Assembly (NCBI GenBank): GCA_965200965.1
Contig: OZ241744.1
Coordinates: 3,296,001 to 3,360,000 of the forward strand
Direction of reading: 5' to 3'
Source: an uncultured Candidatus Binatia bacterium
GTDB taxonomy: Bacteria > Desulfobacterota > Binatia > Bin18
DNA: 64,000 nt
This document shows positions 10,211 to 20,561 of this stretch, one piece after another. The translations under genes and the position numbers were made by a program. The first letter of the stretch is position 1. Each line of letters starts with the position of its first letter. The notes below the pieces were generated by a model, which was not told the origin of the DNA, made no database searches, and saw nothing but the letters and a program-made list of their open reading frames with translations.

Positions 10211-10912
10211 ATGACACGGCCCGTTTGCGTTATTTCCGGCGTTGGTCCGGGGACTGGGGCGGCCCTGAGCCGCCGTTTTGCCGCGAGCGACTATCAGGTC
10301 GCCATGCTGGCCCGCAACGGACACAGACTTTCGCAGTTAGAGCAAGAGATTCCGCACGCGACCGGCTTTGTGTGTGACGTGTCGGACCCGGCCGCGGTGC
10401 AGACAACGCTGGCCGCGGTCAAAGAGCGCCTGGGCACGCCCGAGGTGTTGATCCACAACGCGGTGGGCGGTGCCTTTGGGACATTTCTGGAGATTGATCC
10501 GACGGTCCTGGAGCGCAATTTTCAGGTCAATACAATGGGGCTGCTGTATCTGGCCCGGGCCGTGGCCCCGGACATGATCGCCGCCGGCAAGGGCACTATC
10601 GTTGCTACCGGCAATACCTCGGCCTTGCGCGGCAAGCCGCGCTTTGCCGGCTTTGCGCCGACTAAAGCCGCCCAGCGCATCCTGGCCGAGTCTATGGCCC
10701 GCACGCTCGGACCGCAGGGCGTCCATGTTGCCTATGTGGTGATTGACGCGGTGATCGACCTGGAATGGACCCGCCGGATGTTCACGGACAAGCCGGATGA
10801 TTTCTTCATCAAGCCGTCGGCGATTGCCGATACTACCTGGCAGCTCGTCCACCAGGATCGCTCCGGCTGGTCGTTTCATGTTGAGCTCCGGCCGTTTGGC
10901 GAAACATGGTGA
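10211..10912 (+). CDS. Short-chain dehydrogenase/reductase
   Basis: GVGPGTG Rossmann motif; HVAYVVIDAVID. Confidence 0.9.
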   Translation: MTRPVCVISGVGPGTGAALSRRFAASDYQVAMLARNGHRLSQLEQEIPHATGFVCDVSDPAAVQTTLAAVKERLGTPEVLIHNAVGGAFGTFLEIDPTVLERNFQVNTMGLLYLARAVAPDMIAAGKGTIVATGNTSALRGKPRFAGFAPTKAAQRILAESMARTLGPQGVHVAYVVIDAVIDLEWTRRMFTDKPDDFFIKPSAIADTTWQLVHQDRSGWSFHVELRPFGETW

Positions 10913-10927
10913 TAAGGAGGCTCTGAC

Positions 10928-12373
10928 ATGATTGCACTCACCGACTACACAGCATACGACGGACTCGGCTTGGCCGACTTGGTGGTCCGCAAAGAGGTGA
11001 CACCCGAAGAATTAGTCACCACCGCTCTCGCGGCGATTGACAAGGTCAACCCGCGGCTCAACGCCGTGCTGCAAACCCTGGCCGAGCAGGCGACCGCAGA
11101 AGCCCGCGGCGACCTGCCCCAAGGACCGTTTCGCGGCGTGCCGTTCCTCATCAAAGAGTTAGTGCTGCCTGCCGGAGGCGTGCGCTGCGATATGGGCTCC
11201 AGGCTGGCCCAAGGTTATGTGCCGGAGAACGACTCCGAACTGATGGCCCGCTTTCGGCAGGCCGGCCTCGTGCTCAGCGGGACCACCCAGACCCCCGAGC
11301 TGGGCTATAACCCGACCACCGAGACGACCCTGTTTGGTCCGGTACACAATCCCTGGCGGACCGGACATAGCGCGGGCGGTTCAAGCGGCGGCTCGGGCGC
11401 GGCGGTTGCCGCCGGCATTGTTCCGCTCGCCCATGCCAACGACGGCGGCGGCTCAATTCGGATTCCTGCCTCGTGCAACGGCCTGTTCGGGCTGAAACCG
11501 TCGCGTGACCGCGTGCCGACCGGGCCCGACTTTTCAGGCCCGCTGTGCGGGCTGGCGTGCGAGTTTGTGGTCTCTCGGAGCGTACGCGACTCGGCCGCCC
11601 TGCTCGATGTGGTTGCCGGCGCTGACGTAGGCGCGCCAGGTCTGCCCGTTCCTCCGGTCCGGCCCTATGCAGAAGAGGTGGGGGTACCTGCCGGCCGGCT
11701 GCGGATCGCCTGGACCACAACGCCGGCGTCGGGCGACAGCATTGACGCCGAGTGCGAAACAGGGGTGCATGAGACGGTCCGCACGCTGGAGGAGTTGGGG
11801 TATGGTCTGGTCGAGGACCGTCCGCTGTACGACTGGGAGGAGTTTCTGTCCAAGGTCCACATTATCTGGACGGCCTATACGGCCTCGGCGGTGGATGATC
11901 TGGCGGTGCTGATGGGCCGCGCGCCCGGGCCTGACACCCTGGAAGCCGTCACCCTGGCCTGTTATGAGGACGGCAAACGCCGCACCGCGGTTGAACTGCT
12001 GGGCGCGATGGCCCACAACAACACCTTATCGCGTCAGCTTGGAGCCTTCTTCCAGAAATACGACGCTTTTGTCTCCCCGACCCTAGCCCGCCGGCCCGCT
12101 CCCCACGGCGAGATCAACCAGAACCGGGCCGGTATGACGGCGATGGAGTGGACCCAGCAGGTCTTTTCCTACGTTCCGTTCACACCGATCTTCAACACCA
12201 CCGGTCAGCCCGCGGTGTCGCTGCCCATGCACTGGACGCCGGAGGGGCTGCCGGTTGGCGTCCAGATCGCCGGCCGCCTGGGCGACGAAGCCGGGCTGTT
12301 CCGGCTGGCCGGCCAGCTTGAACAGGCCCGCCCGTGGGCCGGCAAACGCCCGGCGGTGCATGTAGCTGACTGA
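10928..12373 (+). CDS. Amidase (amidase-signature family)
   Basis: GGSSGGSGAAVA and NDGGGSIRIPASCNGLFGLKP. Confidence 0.95.
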   Translation: MIALTDYTAYDGLGLADLVVRKEVTPEELVTTALAAIDKVNPRLNAVLQTLAEQATAEARGDLPQGPFRGVPFLIKELVLPAGGVRCDMGSRLAQGYVPENDSELMARFRQAGLVLSGTTQTPELGYNPTTETTLFGPVHNPWRTGHSAGGSSGGSGAAVAAGIVPLAHANDGGGSIRIPASCNGLFGLKPSRDRVPTGPDFSGPLCGLACEFVVSRSVRDSAALLDVVAGADVGAPGLPVPPVRPYAEEVGVPAGRLRIAWTTTPASGDSIDAECETGVHETVRTLEELGYGLVEDRPLYDWEEFLSKVHIIWTAYTASAVDDLAVLMGRAPGPDTLEAVTLACYEDGKRRTAVELLGAMAHNNTLSRQLGAFFQKYDAFVSPTLARRPAPHGEINQNRAGMTAMEWTQQVFSYVPFTPIFNTTGQPAVSLPMHWTPEGLPVGVQIAGRLGDEAGLFRLAGQLEQARPWAGKRPAVHVAD

Positions 12374-12394
12374 GCCGGGCCGGCGAGACCCCGA

Positions 12395-12763
12395 CTATCT
12401 GAGCGACGGACGGTCTGCCGCCGGGGCCGTGGCAGGCTCGCCCGTGTCCCTGACCGGCTCTGGGGGAGCGTGGGGAGAACTCAGGCCGTGGGAGGGAAGC
12501 GGACCGGCCGAGTGCCGCTCAAAAGCGAGCACGTCTTGCCTATGACCGAACACCGGCGCGAGGGCCGGCCGGGAGACAAGGCGGTGGAGCGGCCGGGTAA
12601 TGAACCGCTCCAGGCCATAGCCCACGGCGTGGAGCGGGTAGGCCATGATCCGCAGGGGGTGGGCGTCATCATAATCATCGTATTCGCCGCTGTGCGCGGA
12701 TAGGGGCAGGCCACAGGCCAGGGTAACAATGCCGGCAATGATTGCCTTTTTCCACATGCTCAC
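12395..12763 (-). CDS. Small exported hypothetical protein
   Basis: Signal-peptide-like N-terminus (MWKKAIIAGIVTLACGLPLSA); AGGAGG RBS. Confidence 0.6.
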   Translation of the reverse strand: MSMWKKAIIAGIVTLACGLPLSAHSGEYDDYDDAHPLRIMAYPLHAVGYGLERFITRPLHRLVSRPALAPVFGHRQDVLAFERHSAGPLPSHGLSSPHAPPEPVRDTGEPATAPAADRPSLR

Positions 12764-12942
12764 TCCTCCTGGTCTTCTTCAACTAGCCGCTCCAACTCTT
12801 TTTGCCAGGCCCGCCGGGCAGAGGTTCGGCGGTACTTTGTGTCGTCGTCCTCAGCCCGGCCCGGTGGCGGCAATGCCTTGCGGACCCGGCGCAGCGCGTC
12901 AAGCTGGGAGAGGGCGCGGCGTTTCTTTTTTTTGCGTGGCAT
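12760..12942 (-). CDS. Small basic hypothetical protein (60 aa)
   Basis: MPRKKKKRRALSQLDALRRVRKALPPPGRAEDDDTKYRR...; its stop overlaps the next gene's start region. Confidence 0.6.
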   Translation of the reverse strand: MPRKKKKRRALSQLDALRRVRKALPPPGRAEDDDTKYRRTSARRAWQKELERLVEEDQEE

Positions 12943-13017
12943 ACCCACTCTGAAACAAAAAGGAATCGTCTTAACCGGTCGAGAGGAAGACAAGACGATT
13001 CCTCTTTTCGGACCTGC

Positions 13018-13995
13018 TCACGCCCGTGTGAGCAAGCGGGCCGCGGCTTTGGCAAAATAGCTCAGGATCAGGTCGGCCCCGGCGCGTTTAATCCCGGTCA
13101 GGGCTTCCATCATCACCCGTTCTCCATCCAGCCAGCCGTTGAGGGCCGCGGCTTTGAGCATGGCGTATTCGCCGCTGACCTGGTAGGCCGCAACCGGGAC
13201 AGTAAATCGCTCCCTGACCCGGCGGATGATGTCGAGGTAGGGCAGGGCCGGTTTGACCATGACCATGTCCGCGCCTTCCTCAATATCGAGGGCCACTTCC
13301 CGCAGGGCTTCGGTGCCGTTGGCCGGGTCCATCTGGTATGATCGGCGATCGCCAAACTGCGGGGTTGATTCGGCCGCCTCCCGAAACGGGCCGTAAAAAC
13401 CGGAGGCGAACTTGGCGGCGTAGGCCAGAATCGGAATATGGGGGAAGCCCTCGGCGTCGAGCGCCTGGCGGATGGCCCCCACCCGGCCGTCCATCATATC
13501 CGACGGGGCAATGATATCGGCCCCGGCCCGGGCGTGCGAGACGGCTTCTTTGACCAGGATTTTCAGGGTGGCGTCGTTATCAACGTCCCGACCCTTGATA
13601 ATCCCGCAGTGGCCGTGGTCGGTGTATTCGCAAAAGCACACATCGGTCAGCAGCAGCAGGCCCGGCACTGCTTCTTTGAGCGCGGCTAAGGCCCGCTGAA
13701 TAATGCCGTCAGCGGCATACGCCTCCGAGCCGACCGCGTCCTTGCAGGCGGGAATGCCGAACAGGATGACGCCGGGAATGCCCAGGTCACGGATCTCTTT
13801 ACACTCCTCGACCGCCCGGTCGATCGACCGCTGGGCGATGCCCGGCATTGAACCGATCGGATTGGTCACCCTGGAGCCGGGGACGATGAACAGCGGCATG
13901 ATGAGATCATTGACGCTGAGCTGTGTTTCTCGCACCATGCGCCTCAGCTGTGCATTGCGACGCAGGCGACGTGGACGCTGGGTCGGGAAGGACAT
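13018..13995 (-). CDS. hemB: Porphobilinogen synthase (ALA dehydratase)
   Basis: [38 protein letters not shown] and [10 protein letters not shown]. Confidence 0.98.
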   Translation of the reverse strand: MSFPTQRPRRLRRNAQLRRMVRETQLSVNDLIMPLFIVPGSRVTNPIGSMPGIAQRSIDRAVEECKEIRDLGIPGVILFGIPACKDAVGSEAYAADGIIQRALAALKEAVPGLLLLTDVCFCEYTDHGHCGIIKGRDVDNDATLKILVKEAVSHARAGADIIAPSDMMDGRVGAIRQALDAEGFPHIPILAYAAKFASGFYGPFREAAESTPQFGDRRSYQMDPANGTEALREVALDIEEGADMVMVKPALPYLDIIRRVRERFTVPVAAYQVSGEYAMLKAAALNGWLDGERVMMEALTGIKRAGADLILSYFAKAAARLLTRA

Positions 13996-14148
13996 AGCTG
14001 TTCTCCTGTATGCGGTCGATAAAAGTCTCTCTTGTTCCGCTCAGGGATGCAAGCCCTCTTTCTTGACGAAAGAGCCGTAACATGAGCAGATCCGCGTGAC
14101 GCCGGCTGACCGGGGAGCGGAAGACGGCAACGGCTGGAGGACAAAACC

Positions 14149-14892
14149 ATGCAGGAGCGGATTGAACGTGCCGCCCGGGCCATTCGGACTTCACGCAAGA
14201 CAATCGCCCTGACCGGGGCGGGCATTTCGGCTGAGAGCGGTGTTCCGACATTTCGCGATCCGGGCGGACTGTGGGATCGCTATGACCCGGAGGAGTATGC
14301 GACGATTGACGCCTTTCGGCGCGACCCGGGTAAAGTCTGGCAGATGATGCGCGACTTCACCGAGCTGAAAACAGCCCAGCCCAACCCCAGCCATTACGCT
14401 CTGGCGCAGTTGGAACAGATGGGTTTTCTGGGCTGCATCATTACCCAGAATGTCGATAATCTGCACCAGGCCAGCGGCAGCCAGGACGTGATTGAGTTTC
14501 ACGGCAATATGCGCCAAGTGGTGTGTCAGCGGTGCGACAAGCCGCTGCCGCTGACCGAGGTGTCGCTCGAGACCTTGCCCCCGTACTGCTCGTGTGGTGG
14601 CGTGTTCAAGCCGGCCGGGGTGTTTTTTGGCGAGCCGATTCCGTCCCACGCCCTGTCTCGCTCGTACCAGGAGGCGCAGAACTGCGGGCTGATGCTGGTG
14701 GTCGGCACCTCAGCCGTGGTCTATCCAGCCGCGGCCATGCCTGGAGTGGCCAAGGAAGCCGGGGCGCAGGTGATCGAGATCAATCCCGAACCGACCGACT
14801 TGACGGGCGCAATTTCCGATTTCATCATCCAGGCCAGGGCCGGGCTTGTCATGCCTCAGATTGTGGCCGCGATCAAAGCTCTGGCGTCATAG
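14149..14892 (+). CDS. cobB: NAD-dependent protein deacylase (sirtuin)
   Basis: TGAGISAESGVPTFR, ITQNVDNLH, EFHGN, CxxC...CxC and GTSAVVYPAA. Confidence 0.93.
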   Translation: MQERIERAARAIRTSRKTIALTGAGISAESGVPTFRDPGGLWDRYDPEEYATIDAFRRDPGKVWQMMRDFTELKTAQPNPSHYALAQLEQMGFLGCIITQNVDNLHQASGSQDVIEFHGNMRQVVCQRCDKPLPLTEVSLETLPPYCSCGGVFKPAGVFFGEPIPSHALSRSYQEAQNCGLMLVVGTSAVVYPAAAMPGVAKEAGAQVIEINPEPTDLTGAISDFIIQARAGLVMPQIVAAIKALAS

Positions 14893-14902
14893 GAGGAGAA
14901 GC

Positions 14903-16069
14903 ATGAGCCTGAAAGGAAAAGCGGCAATTATTGGATTTGCCGAAATGACCCCCCAAAAGGGAGGCGGAGGGAAAACTCCACTGGGCATTATTGGCGAGGT
15001 GGCGCGGGAGGCGATTGCTGACGCGGGTTTGAAAAAGCAGGACATTGACGGCCTGCTGACGGGCATGGCCATCGGCGACTACAGTGTGCTGTGGCCGTCG
15101 GTCATTTCAGAATATCTCCAGTTCCAGCCCCGCTATTTTGATCTGGTGGAGTTAGGTGGGGCGTCGGCCACCGGCATGTTCTGGCGGGCGGCCGCGGCCA
15201 TTGAGGCCGGCATGTGTGAGAACGTGTTGTGCGTCTTGGGCGATTCGTGGACGAGCAAAACGATGCGCGTTGGCAAACCCCCGCCCTTTCCGCGGCTGGA
15301 CGCCGAGTTTGACGCGCCCTACGGATTGATTGCGGCCAATCCGGGCTATGCCCTTATCGCGCAGCGCCATATGCACGAGTTTGGCACGACGCCCGAACAG
15401 TTGGCCAAGGTCGCCGTTGATCAGCGTAAAAACGCGTGCAGAAATCCCGCCGCCCTGTTCGGTAACAAGGAAATCGGCATTGAGGATGTGCTCAGCTCGC
15501 GTATGATTGTTGCTCCCCTGCACCTGCTGGAGATTGTCAGCCCGTGTACGGGTGGCGGTGCGTTCATCGTGACCAGCGCCGAGCGGGCCAAGGACAGTCC
15601 TCACACCCCGGTCTATCTGCTGGGGGCCGGTGAGGCCGGCGGCCACTGTAGCATTACGCGCGCCGAGAGCCTCACCACCTCCCTGGTCAAACCTGCCGCG
15701 CAGGCGGCCTTCCGCATGGCCGAGCTCAGGCCCCAGGACATGGACTTTGTGCAGCCCTACGACTGCTATACAATTACGGTCCTCGTGACGCTGGAAGACG
15801 CCGGCTTCTGTCCCAAGGGCGAGGGCGGTCGCTTTGTGGAGGACCACGACCTGTCCTGCCAGGGGGATTTTCCGTGCAATACCCACGGCGGCCAACTGTC
15901 GTTTGGCCAGCCCGGCTTGGCCGGCGGCATGAGCCATTTGCTCGAAGGCGCGCGTCAACTGATGGGCCGGGGCGGGGCGCGCCAAGTCAAGGATGCCACG
16001 ATTGGCTATGTCAACGGCAACGGCGGCATCATGAGTGAGCAGTGCAGTGTAGTGATCGGCGTCAACTAG
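14903..16069 (+). CDS. Thiolase-fold protein (SCP-x/lipid-transfer type)
   Basis: Start MSLKGKAAIIG; YDCYTITV..TLEDAGFC and NTHGGQLS; followed by a DUF35 partner. Confidence 0.9.
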   Translation: MSLKGKAAIIGFAEMTPQKGGGGKTPLGIIGEVAREAIADAGLKKQDIDGLLTGMAIGDYSVLWPSVISEYLQFQPRYFDLVELGGASATGMFWRAAAAIEAGMCENVLCVLGDSWTSKTMRVGKPPPFPRLDAEFDAPYGLIAANPGYALIAQRHMHEFGTTPEQLAKVAVDQRKNACRNPAALFGNKEIGIEDVLSSRMIVAPLHLLEIVSPCTGGGAFIVTSAERAKDSPHTPVYLLGAGEAGGHCSITRAESLTTSLVKPAAQAAFRMAELRPQDMDFVQPYDCYTITVLVTLEDAGFCPKGEGGRFVEDHDLSCQGDFPCNTHGGQLSFGQPGLAGGMSHLLEGARQLMGRGGARQVKDATIGYVNGNGGIMSEQCSVVIGVN

Positions 16070-16078
16070 GAGAAGCGC

Positions 16079-16531
16079 ATGGCAGACTATACAAAGCCTC
16101 TTCCCCGTCCGACCGCCTCATCGCAGCCGTTCTGGGACGCTGCCAGACGCCACGAACTCCAGCTCCAGCGCTGTGGAAGCTGTGGCGCGGTCGTGTTTTA
16201 CCCGCGCGAGCTCTGTTCAGAGTGTCTGTCGTCAGAGCTGAGCTGGATAGAGGCGTCCGGCCGGGGCACGGTATATTCGTATACCATCGCCGAGGCCCCG
16301 ACCCATCCCGCTTTTGCCGAAGATGTGCCGTATATTGTGGCCATTGTCGAGTTGGCGGAAGGCCCGCGGTTGACGACCAACATCATTGGCTGCGAGCCAG
16401 CGGCGATGCACATCGGTATGCCGGTGGTCGCCACCTATGACGACGTGACGCCGGACATGACGCTGGTCAAGTTCCGGCCCGCCAAGTCGGTTGAGTCGGG
16501 CGGCCAGCGTCCATCGGACGGTTCACCGTAG
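16079..16531 (+). CDS. Zn-ribbon/OB-fold (DUF35/ChsH2-like) protein
   Basis: PFWDAA, CGSCG..FYPRELCSEC, GRGTVYSYT and VELAEGPR. Confidence 0.92.
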   Translation: MADYTKPLPRPTASSQPFWDAARRHELQLQRCGSCGAVVFYPRELCSECLSSELSWIEASGRGTVYSYTIAEAPTHPAFAEDVPYIVAIVELAEGPRLTTNIIGCEPAAMHIGMPVVATYDDVTPDMTLVKFRPAKSVESGGQRPSDGSP

Positions 16532-16686
16532 TTGCTCATGGTGTATGATGTTTCAGCGCACCTCAGACAGTGCTGCGCTTTGACCACTGGCCTCCTCCTG
16601 GCTTGCCCCTGTCGGTTGATCCCAGGGGCAAGCCCGGCGCAAGTCCAGCCAGTTCCGGGGGGAGCAGGGTTGAGAAAGGACGATGT

Positions 16687-17199
16687 ATGCACATACGACG
16701 ATTTCATCTGCTGATTGGCACACTCGTCTGGCTAGCGCTGAGCAGCCAGGCCTGGGCCAAGGCCGAGGTCGGCAGCCCGGCTCCAGATTTCTGTTTGCCG
16801 TCAAGCAAGGATGCCCAGGTCTGCCTCAGAGACTTTCGGGGCGCGCACAATGTCGTCCTGCTGTTTTATGTCCTTGACTTCACCTCGGGTTGAACCCTGC
16901 AACTGTCCTCCGGTCAGGGGGTCCAGAAAAAGCTGAACGCAAAAGTCCTCGGCATCAGCACCAATCATGGTGCCTCACAACAGGTCTTTACCCAACAGTT
17001 GAAACTCGATTACCCGCTGTTGAGCGCCTTTGAAGCGCCCGAGGTGATTCGGGACTATACCGGCTGGCTGGACGAGGAAAAACGGCTCGGCAATCGCGCC
17101 TATGTCATTATCGACAAACAGGGTATTGTCCGCTTTAAGCAGGTCGGCACAATGGTGCCGGTAGAAGACCTTGAGCAGGTCCTGGCCGGACTTGAATAA
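16687..17199 (+). CDS. Exported peroxiredoxin/AhpC-TSA-like selenoprotein (Sec at TGA 16891-16893)
   Basis: Signal peptide, then VGSPAPDF, then FYVLDFTSG-TGA-TLQL. The TGA occupies the peroxidatic Cys position. The frame continues (VLGIST...LDYPLLS...RAYVIIDKQGIVRF) to TAA 17199. Confidence 0.85.
16903..16926 (+). promoter_or_regulatory. Candidate bacterial SECIS hairpin
   Basis: CTG-TCCTCC-GGTCA-GGGGG-TC-CAG; the G-containing apical loop begins 18 nt after the UGA. Confidence 0.55.
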
Positions 17200-17279
17200 G
17201 GCTGGCTTGCCTGTTCTCCCGACCGTGGAAGAAGAGCCCCCCTCGGTCGACCGCCCGCACCTGTCAAGGAGGGAGAGCG

Positions 17280-17966
17280 ATGAAAATCCATGCCTCTGGG
17301 CTTGTGGCCGCGCTTTTCCTCTGGCCGCTCGCTGTCTGCGCTCAAGGCGGCGATTCAGCCCAAGGCGGAGCTGAACACGCACCTGGCGGCCCGCAGGTTC
17401 TTGACACCTCCGTGCCCCAGACATCCGAGGCGTCTGTCGCCCCGTATCAGGTGCCCGGTCACGTCCCGGCTCAAGACCCCTCTCAGACCGGGTTCGCCTC
17501 TGGCGATATTCTTCCAGACTTTCCGGACTCTTCCGTTACCGACCAGCGGCCCTATCTTGGGGCTTTGTATGTGACGCCCGAGCAGGGCCTGCAAGGGGTC
17601 CATGTCCTGAGCGTCATCCCCGGCAGCCCGGCAGCCCGGGCCGGATTTATCGGCGCGAATACACCCCAGCCCAAAGGCCCCAACTGGTTCAGGGTCGCCG
17701 TCTTTGCCCTGTCCATGTCTCCCGCCGGAGCCTTTGCCATTCCGCTGACCATTGCCCACCATGTGTATACAAACCGCACCGTGGCCGCGCCGGTGGATTT
17801 ACCGGGGGATCTGATCGTTGCGGTTGATGACAAACCTGTCCGGGACGCCCAGGCTTTCAGCCAAGTCCTGAGTTCCTACGAACCTGGCACCAGGGTCTCC
17901 TTCTCCATTATCCGGGCCGGAAAACCCCTCCAGCTCTCTGCCACCCTCGAGCGCGAACCGTTCTGA
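17280..17966 (+). CDS. Exported PDZ-domain protein
   Basis: Signal peptide; PYLG, GVHVLSVIPGSPAARAG and GDLIVAVDDKPV. Confidence 0.75.
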   Translation: MKIHASGLVAALFLWPLAVCAQGGDSAQGGAEHAPGGPQVLDTSVPQTSEASVAPYQVPGHVPAQDPSQTGFASGDILPDFPDSSVTDQRPYLGALYVTPEQGLQGVHVLSVIPGSPAARAGFIGANTPQPKGPNWFRVAVFALSMSPAGAFAIPLTIAHHVYTNRTVAAPVDLPGDLIVAVDDKPVRDAQAFSQVLSSYEPGTRVSFSIIRAGKPLQLSATLEREPF

Positions 17967-18074
17967 GAGGGCGGCCCCGCCGGGACTCACGGTGAAGCAT
18001 GCCCGGTGCGAAGCGCTCCCCCGGCCTGGACGACAGCCGCCTTTTCTGCCAAGCTCAGCCCCAAGGAGGAGGCT

Positions 18075-18245
18075 ATGAAAACCTTCTTTGAACGATTTCT
18101 TGACGAGATTGAGCGCAAGCGGGAAGCGGGGGAGATTGACGAAGAAAAAGCCCAGCACTGGATTGTGGAGATTCAGACCCAACTCCAGCAGTACGCCAAA
18201 AAGCACCCTTCCGCCCCGATCGCTAAAATGCCAGTCCTGCATTGA
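18075..18245 (+). CDS. Small hypothetical protein (56 aa)
   Basis: Strong AAGGAGG RBS; [22 protein letters not shown]... Confidence 0.6.
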   Translation: MKTFFERFLDEIERKREAGEIDEEKAQHWIVEIQTQLQQYAKKHPSAPIAKMPVLH

Positions 18246-18273
18246 TCGTGTGGCCTCACGCCAGGGAAAAACT

Positions 18274-19401
18274 ATGGAAAAGACTCCCACCCGAGCGGTC
18301 CGGATTGGCAAGGTCGAGCTTGGTGCCGGTAGCCCTGTTATCGTCCAGAGCATGTGCGCGACCAAGACGACCGATATTGACGCCACGGTTGCCCAGGTCC
18401 ACCAGCTCCAGGAGGCCGGGGCCGGCGTGGTTCGTATTGCGGTTGATAACCCCAAAGAGGCGGCTGCGCTCAAAGAGATTCGTGCCCAGACGACCGCCAC
18501 CCTGTCGGTTGACCTGCAAGAAAACTACAAGGTGGCCGCCACGGTCGCCGCGTATGTGGATAAGGTCCGCTACAACCCCGGCCATCTGCACCATATTGAA
18601 AAGGCCAAGAGCATTCCCCAGAAGGTTGCCTGGCTTGTCGGTATCGCCCGCGATACCGATGTGGCCTTGCGGATCGGGGTAAACTGTGGTTCGGTCGCCC
18701 CGGCCTTTCTGGCCCAATACCCGGGCGATCAGATGGAAGCCCTGCTCCAGTCCACCCTGTACCATTGCCGGCTGATGGACGAGTTCGGCTTTGAGCGGTT
18801 TGTGGTATCGCTCAAGGACTCAGACCCGGCCAAGGTGGTTGAGGCCAACACGCGCTTTGCCGCCGCCCGGCCCGATGTGCCGCTGCACCTCGGCGTGACC
18901 GAAGCCGGGTTGCCCCCCGACGGGATTATCAAGAGTCGGGTCGCGTTTGAAAAACTGCTGGCCAAGGGCATCGGCGATACGCTGCGCGTCTCCCTCACCC
19001 TGCCCAACGAGCGCAAGCACGAGGAAGTCACGGCCGGTTTTCAGATTATTGAAGATGTCAAAAACGGCCGCTTCCGGTCGGTGCCCGACCTCGACTCAGG
19101 GCTGAACATCATTTCCTGCCCGAGTTGCTCGCGGGTCGAGAACGAAAAGTTTGTCGAACTTGCCCAGCAGGTCAAAGCCATGACCACCTACGCCAAGCAG
19201 CACGATATCACTATCGCCGTCATGGGCTGCCGGGTGAACGGGCCGGGCGAGACCGACGACGCTGACCTCGGCCTGTGGTGCGGGCCGACAACCGTCAACC
19301 TCAAAAAGAAAAGCGCCAAGCTCGGCCACTTCGGTTATGACGTGGTGCTTGACCGCCTGCGCCACGAACTCGACGCCCTGATCGACGAACGGAATCAATA
19401 A
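18274..19401 (+). CDS. ispG: (E)-4-hydroxy-3-methylbut-2-enyl-diphosphate synthase
   Basis: [43 protein letters not shown] and [12 protein letters not shown]. Confidence 0.96.
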   Translation: MEKTPTRAVRIGKVELGAGSPVIVQSMCATKTTDIDATVAQVHQLQEAGAGVVRIAVDNPKEAAALKEIRAQTTATLSVDLQENYKVAATVAAYVDKVRYNPGHLHHIEKAKSIPQKVAWLVGIARDTDVALRIGVNCGSVAPAFLAQYPGDQMEALLQSTLYHCRLMDEFGFERFVVSLKDSDPAKVVEANTRFAAARPDVPLHLGVTEAGLPPDGIIKSRVAFEKLLAKGIGDTLRVSLTLPNERKHEEVTAGFQIIEDVKNGRFRSVPDLDSGLNIISCPSCSRVENEKFVELAQQVKAMTTYAKQHDITIAVMGCRVNGPGETDDADLGLWCGPTTVNLKKKSAKLGHFGYDVVLDRLRHELDALIDERNQ

Positions 19402-19431
19402 GGCTTGCCGTTCGCCCGGAAAACTCGAAAG

Positions 19432-20442
19432 CTACCACCCATAGCGCTCTTGCTAGTAGGCCGCCCACTCCGAGACCGCCCCGCCACAGTCCCGCCTCAC
19501 GGCCTCAGCAAGCACGGACGGACAGACCCCTGAGAAGGCGTCGTCGGGTCGCCTCAAGGTGGCGCGGACCATGGCCTCAAGCGTTTTCAGCCCGGGAAAT
19601 CGCCTGGTCAGAGGCGGAGAGGTGACTTTCTCCCGATACGCCCAGTTGCCCTCAGGCACGACGCTGACGAGTTTCGCCTCTGAAACGCCGAACTCTTTTT
19701 GCTCAACCATCCGGTCGGCCAGCAGCCGCAGGCGCATGATCTGGTAGAAGGGTTCGTAGAGCAGTTCTTCCATCGGAGCCACGCCGTTGAAGGAGGAAGA
19801 GCCGGCGGAGTAGCGAGCGGCATAGCGCTGTCGCCGCGTCCTGCCCTGATTTCCCTGGCCTTTATCTTCTCTCTGGTATTTCTCCGTGTACTTCCACTCC
19901 AGGAGATAGGCGCGCCGTCTGCCGCCATTGGTCGTGGCGACCGCAAAGGCATCAATGCTGGTCACATTCGCTCCCCGGGTCAGGGCCGCGTCCTCCTCAA
20001 GCGGACGATCGAGGCCGACCCATTCAAACTCGATAGGCGACACGGTGCCCTGGTGGGAGATTGGAGCGATATCGCTGACATCGCTGTCAATGCTCCGAAT
20101 ACCCGCCGCCAGTGCGCCGGGTATGTCAGCCAAAGGAAGCAGAAAGTTCACACATGCAATCTGGGAACTCGCCATGTTGCGGGTCGGCCTCTCCCCCTTG
20201 GAACGGTCGCCGTTCCGGCCGGATTGCCACCAGGGGATGTTGCGGTCTTTGAAAAATCTGACCGCCCCGTCCTCGCCCCGGAGTGGCGGGTAGAGGTTTT
20301 CTTCCTCACACCCCACACTCAGGAGGTAGCCGTATTTCTGCCCGTGAGCATCCGAGGGCGAGCGTCCCTGCTGGCTGACTGTTGCAGAGGTCTGCCGAAA
20401 ATGCGCCTGGCGCTTTTTGGCGATATCTTCGAAGTTTGGCAT
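19432..20442 (-). CDS. PGN_0703-like putative PD-(D/E)xK restriction endonuclease, with a premature TAG at 19453-19455
   Basis: NMASSQIACVNF, TSIDAF, LLEWKYTE and EPFYQIMR motifs; the C-terminus reads WAAY*QERYGW*. Confidence 0.7.
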
Positions 20443-20561
20443 CTCGATTCCTCCAATGACCCCGCCTGTGTTTTCACGTTTCCTCCCGCGCAACCACCTT
20501 GACCCCGCGCCTTGACGCAGATAAGGCCAGACGAGATGGGTGCGCAAAGGGGACAGGTGTT

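Noticed and set aside
19453-19455. Pyrrolysine recoding of the TAG
   Set aside because: No pyl genes in the window and the position is not catalytic; a point mutation is simpler.
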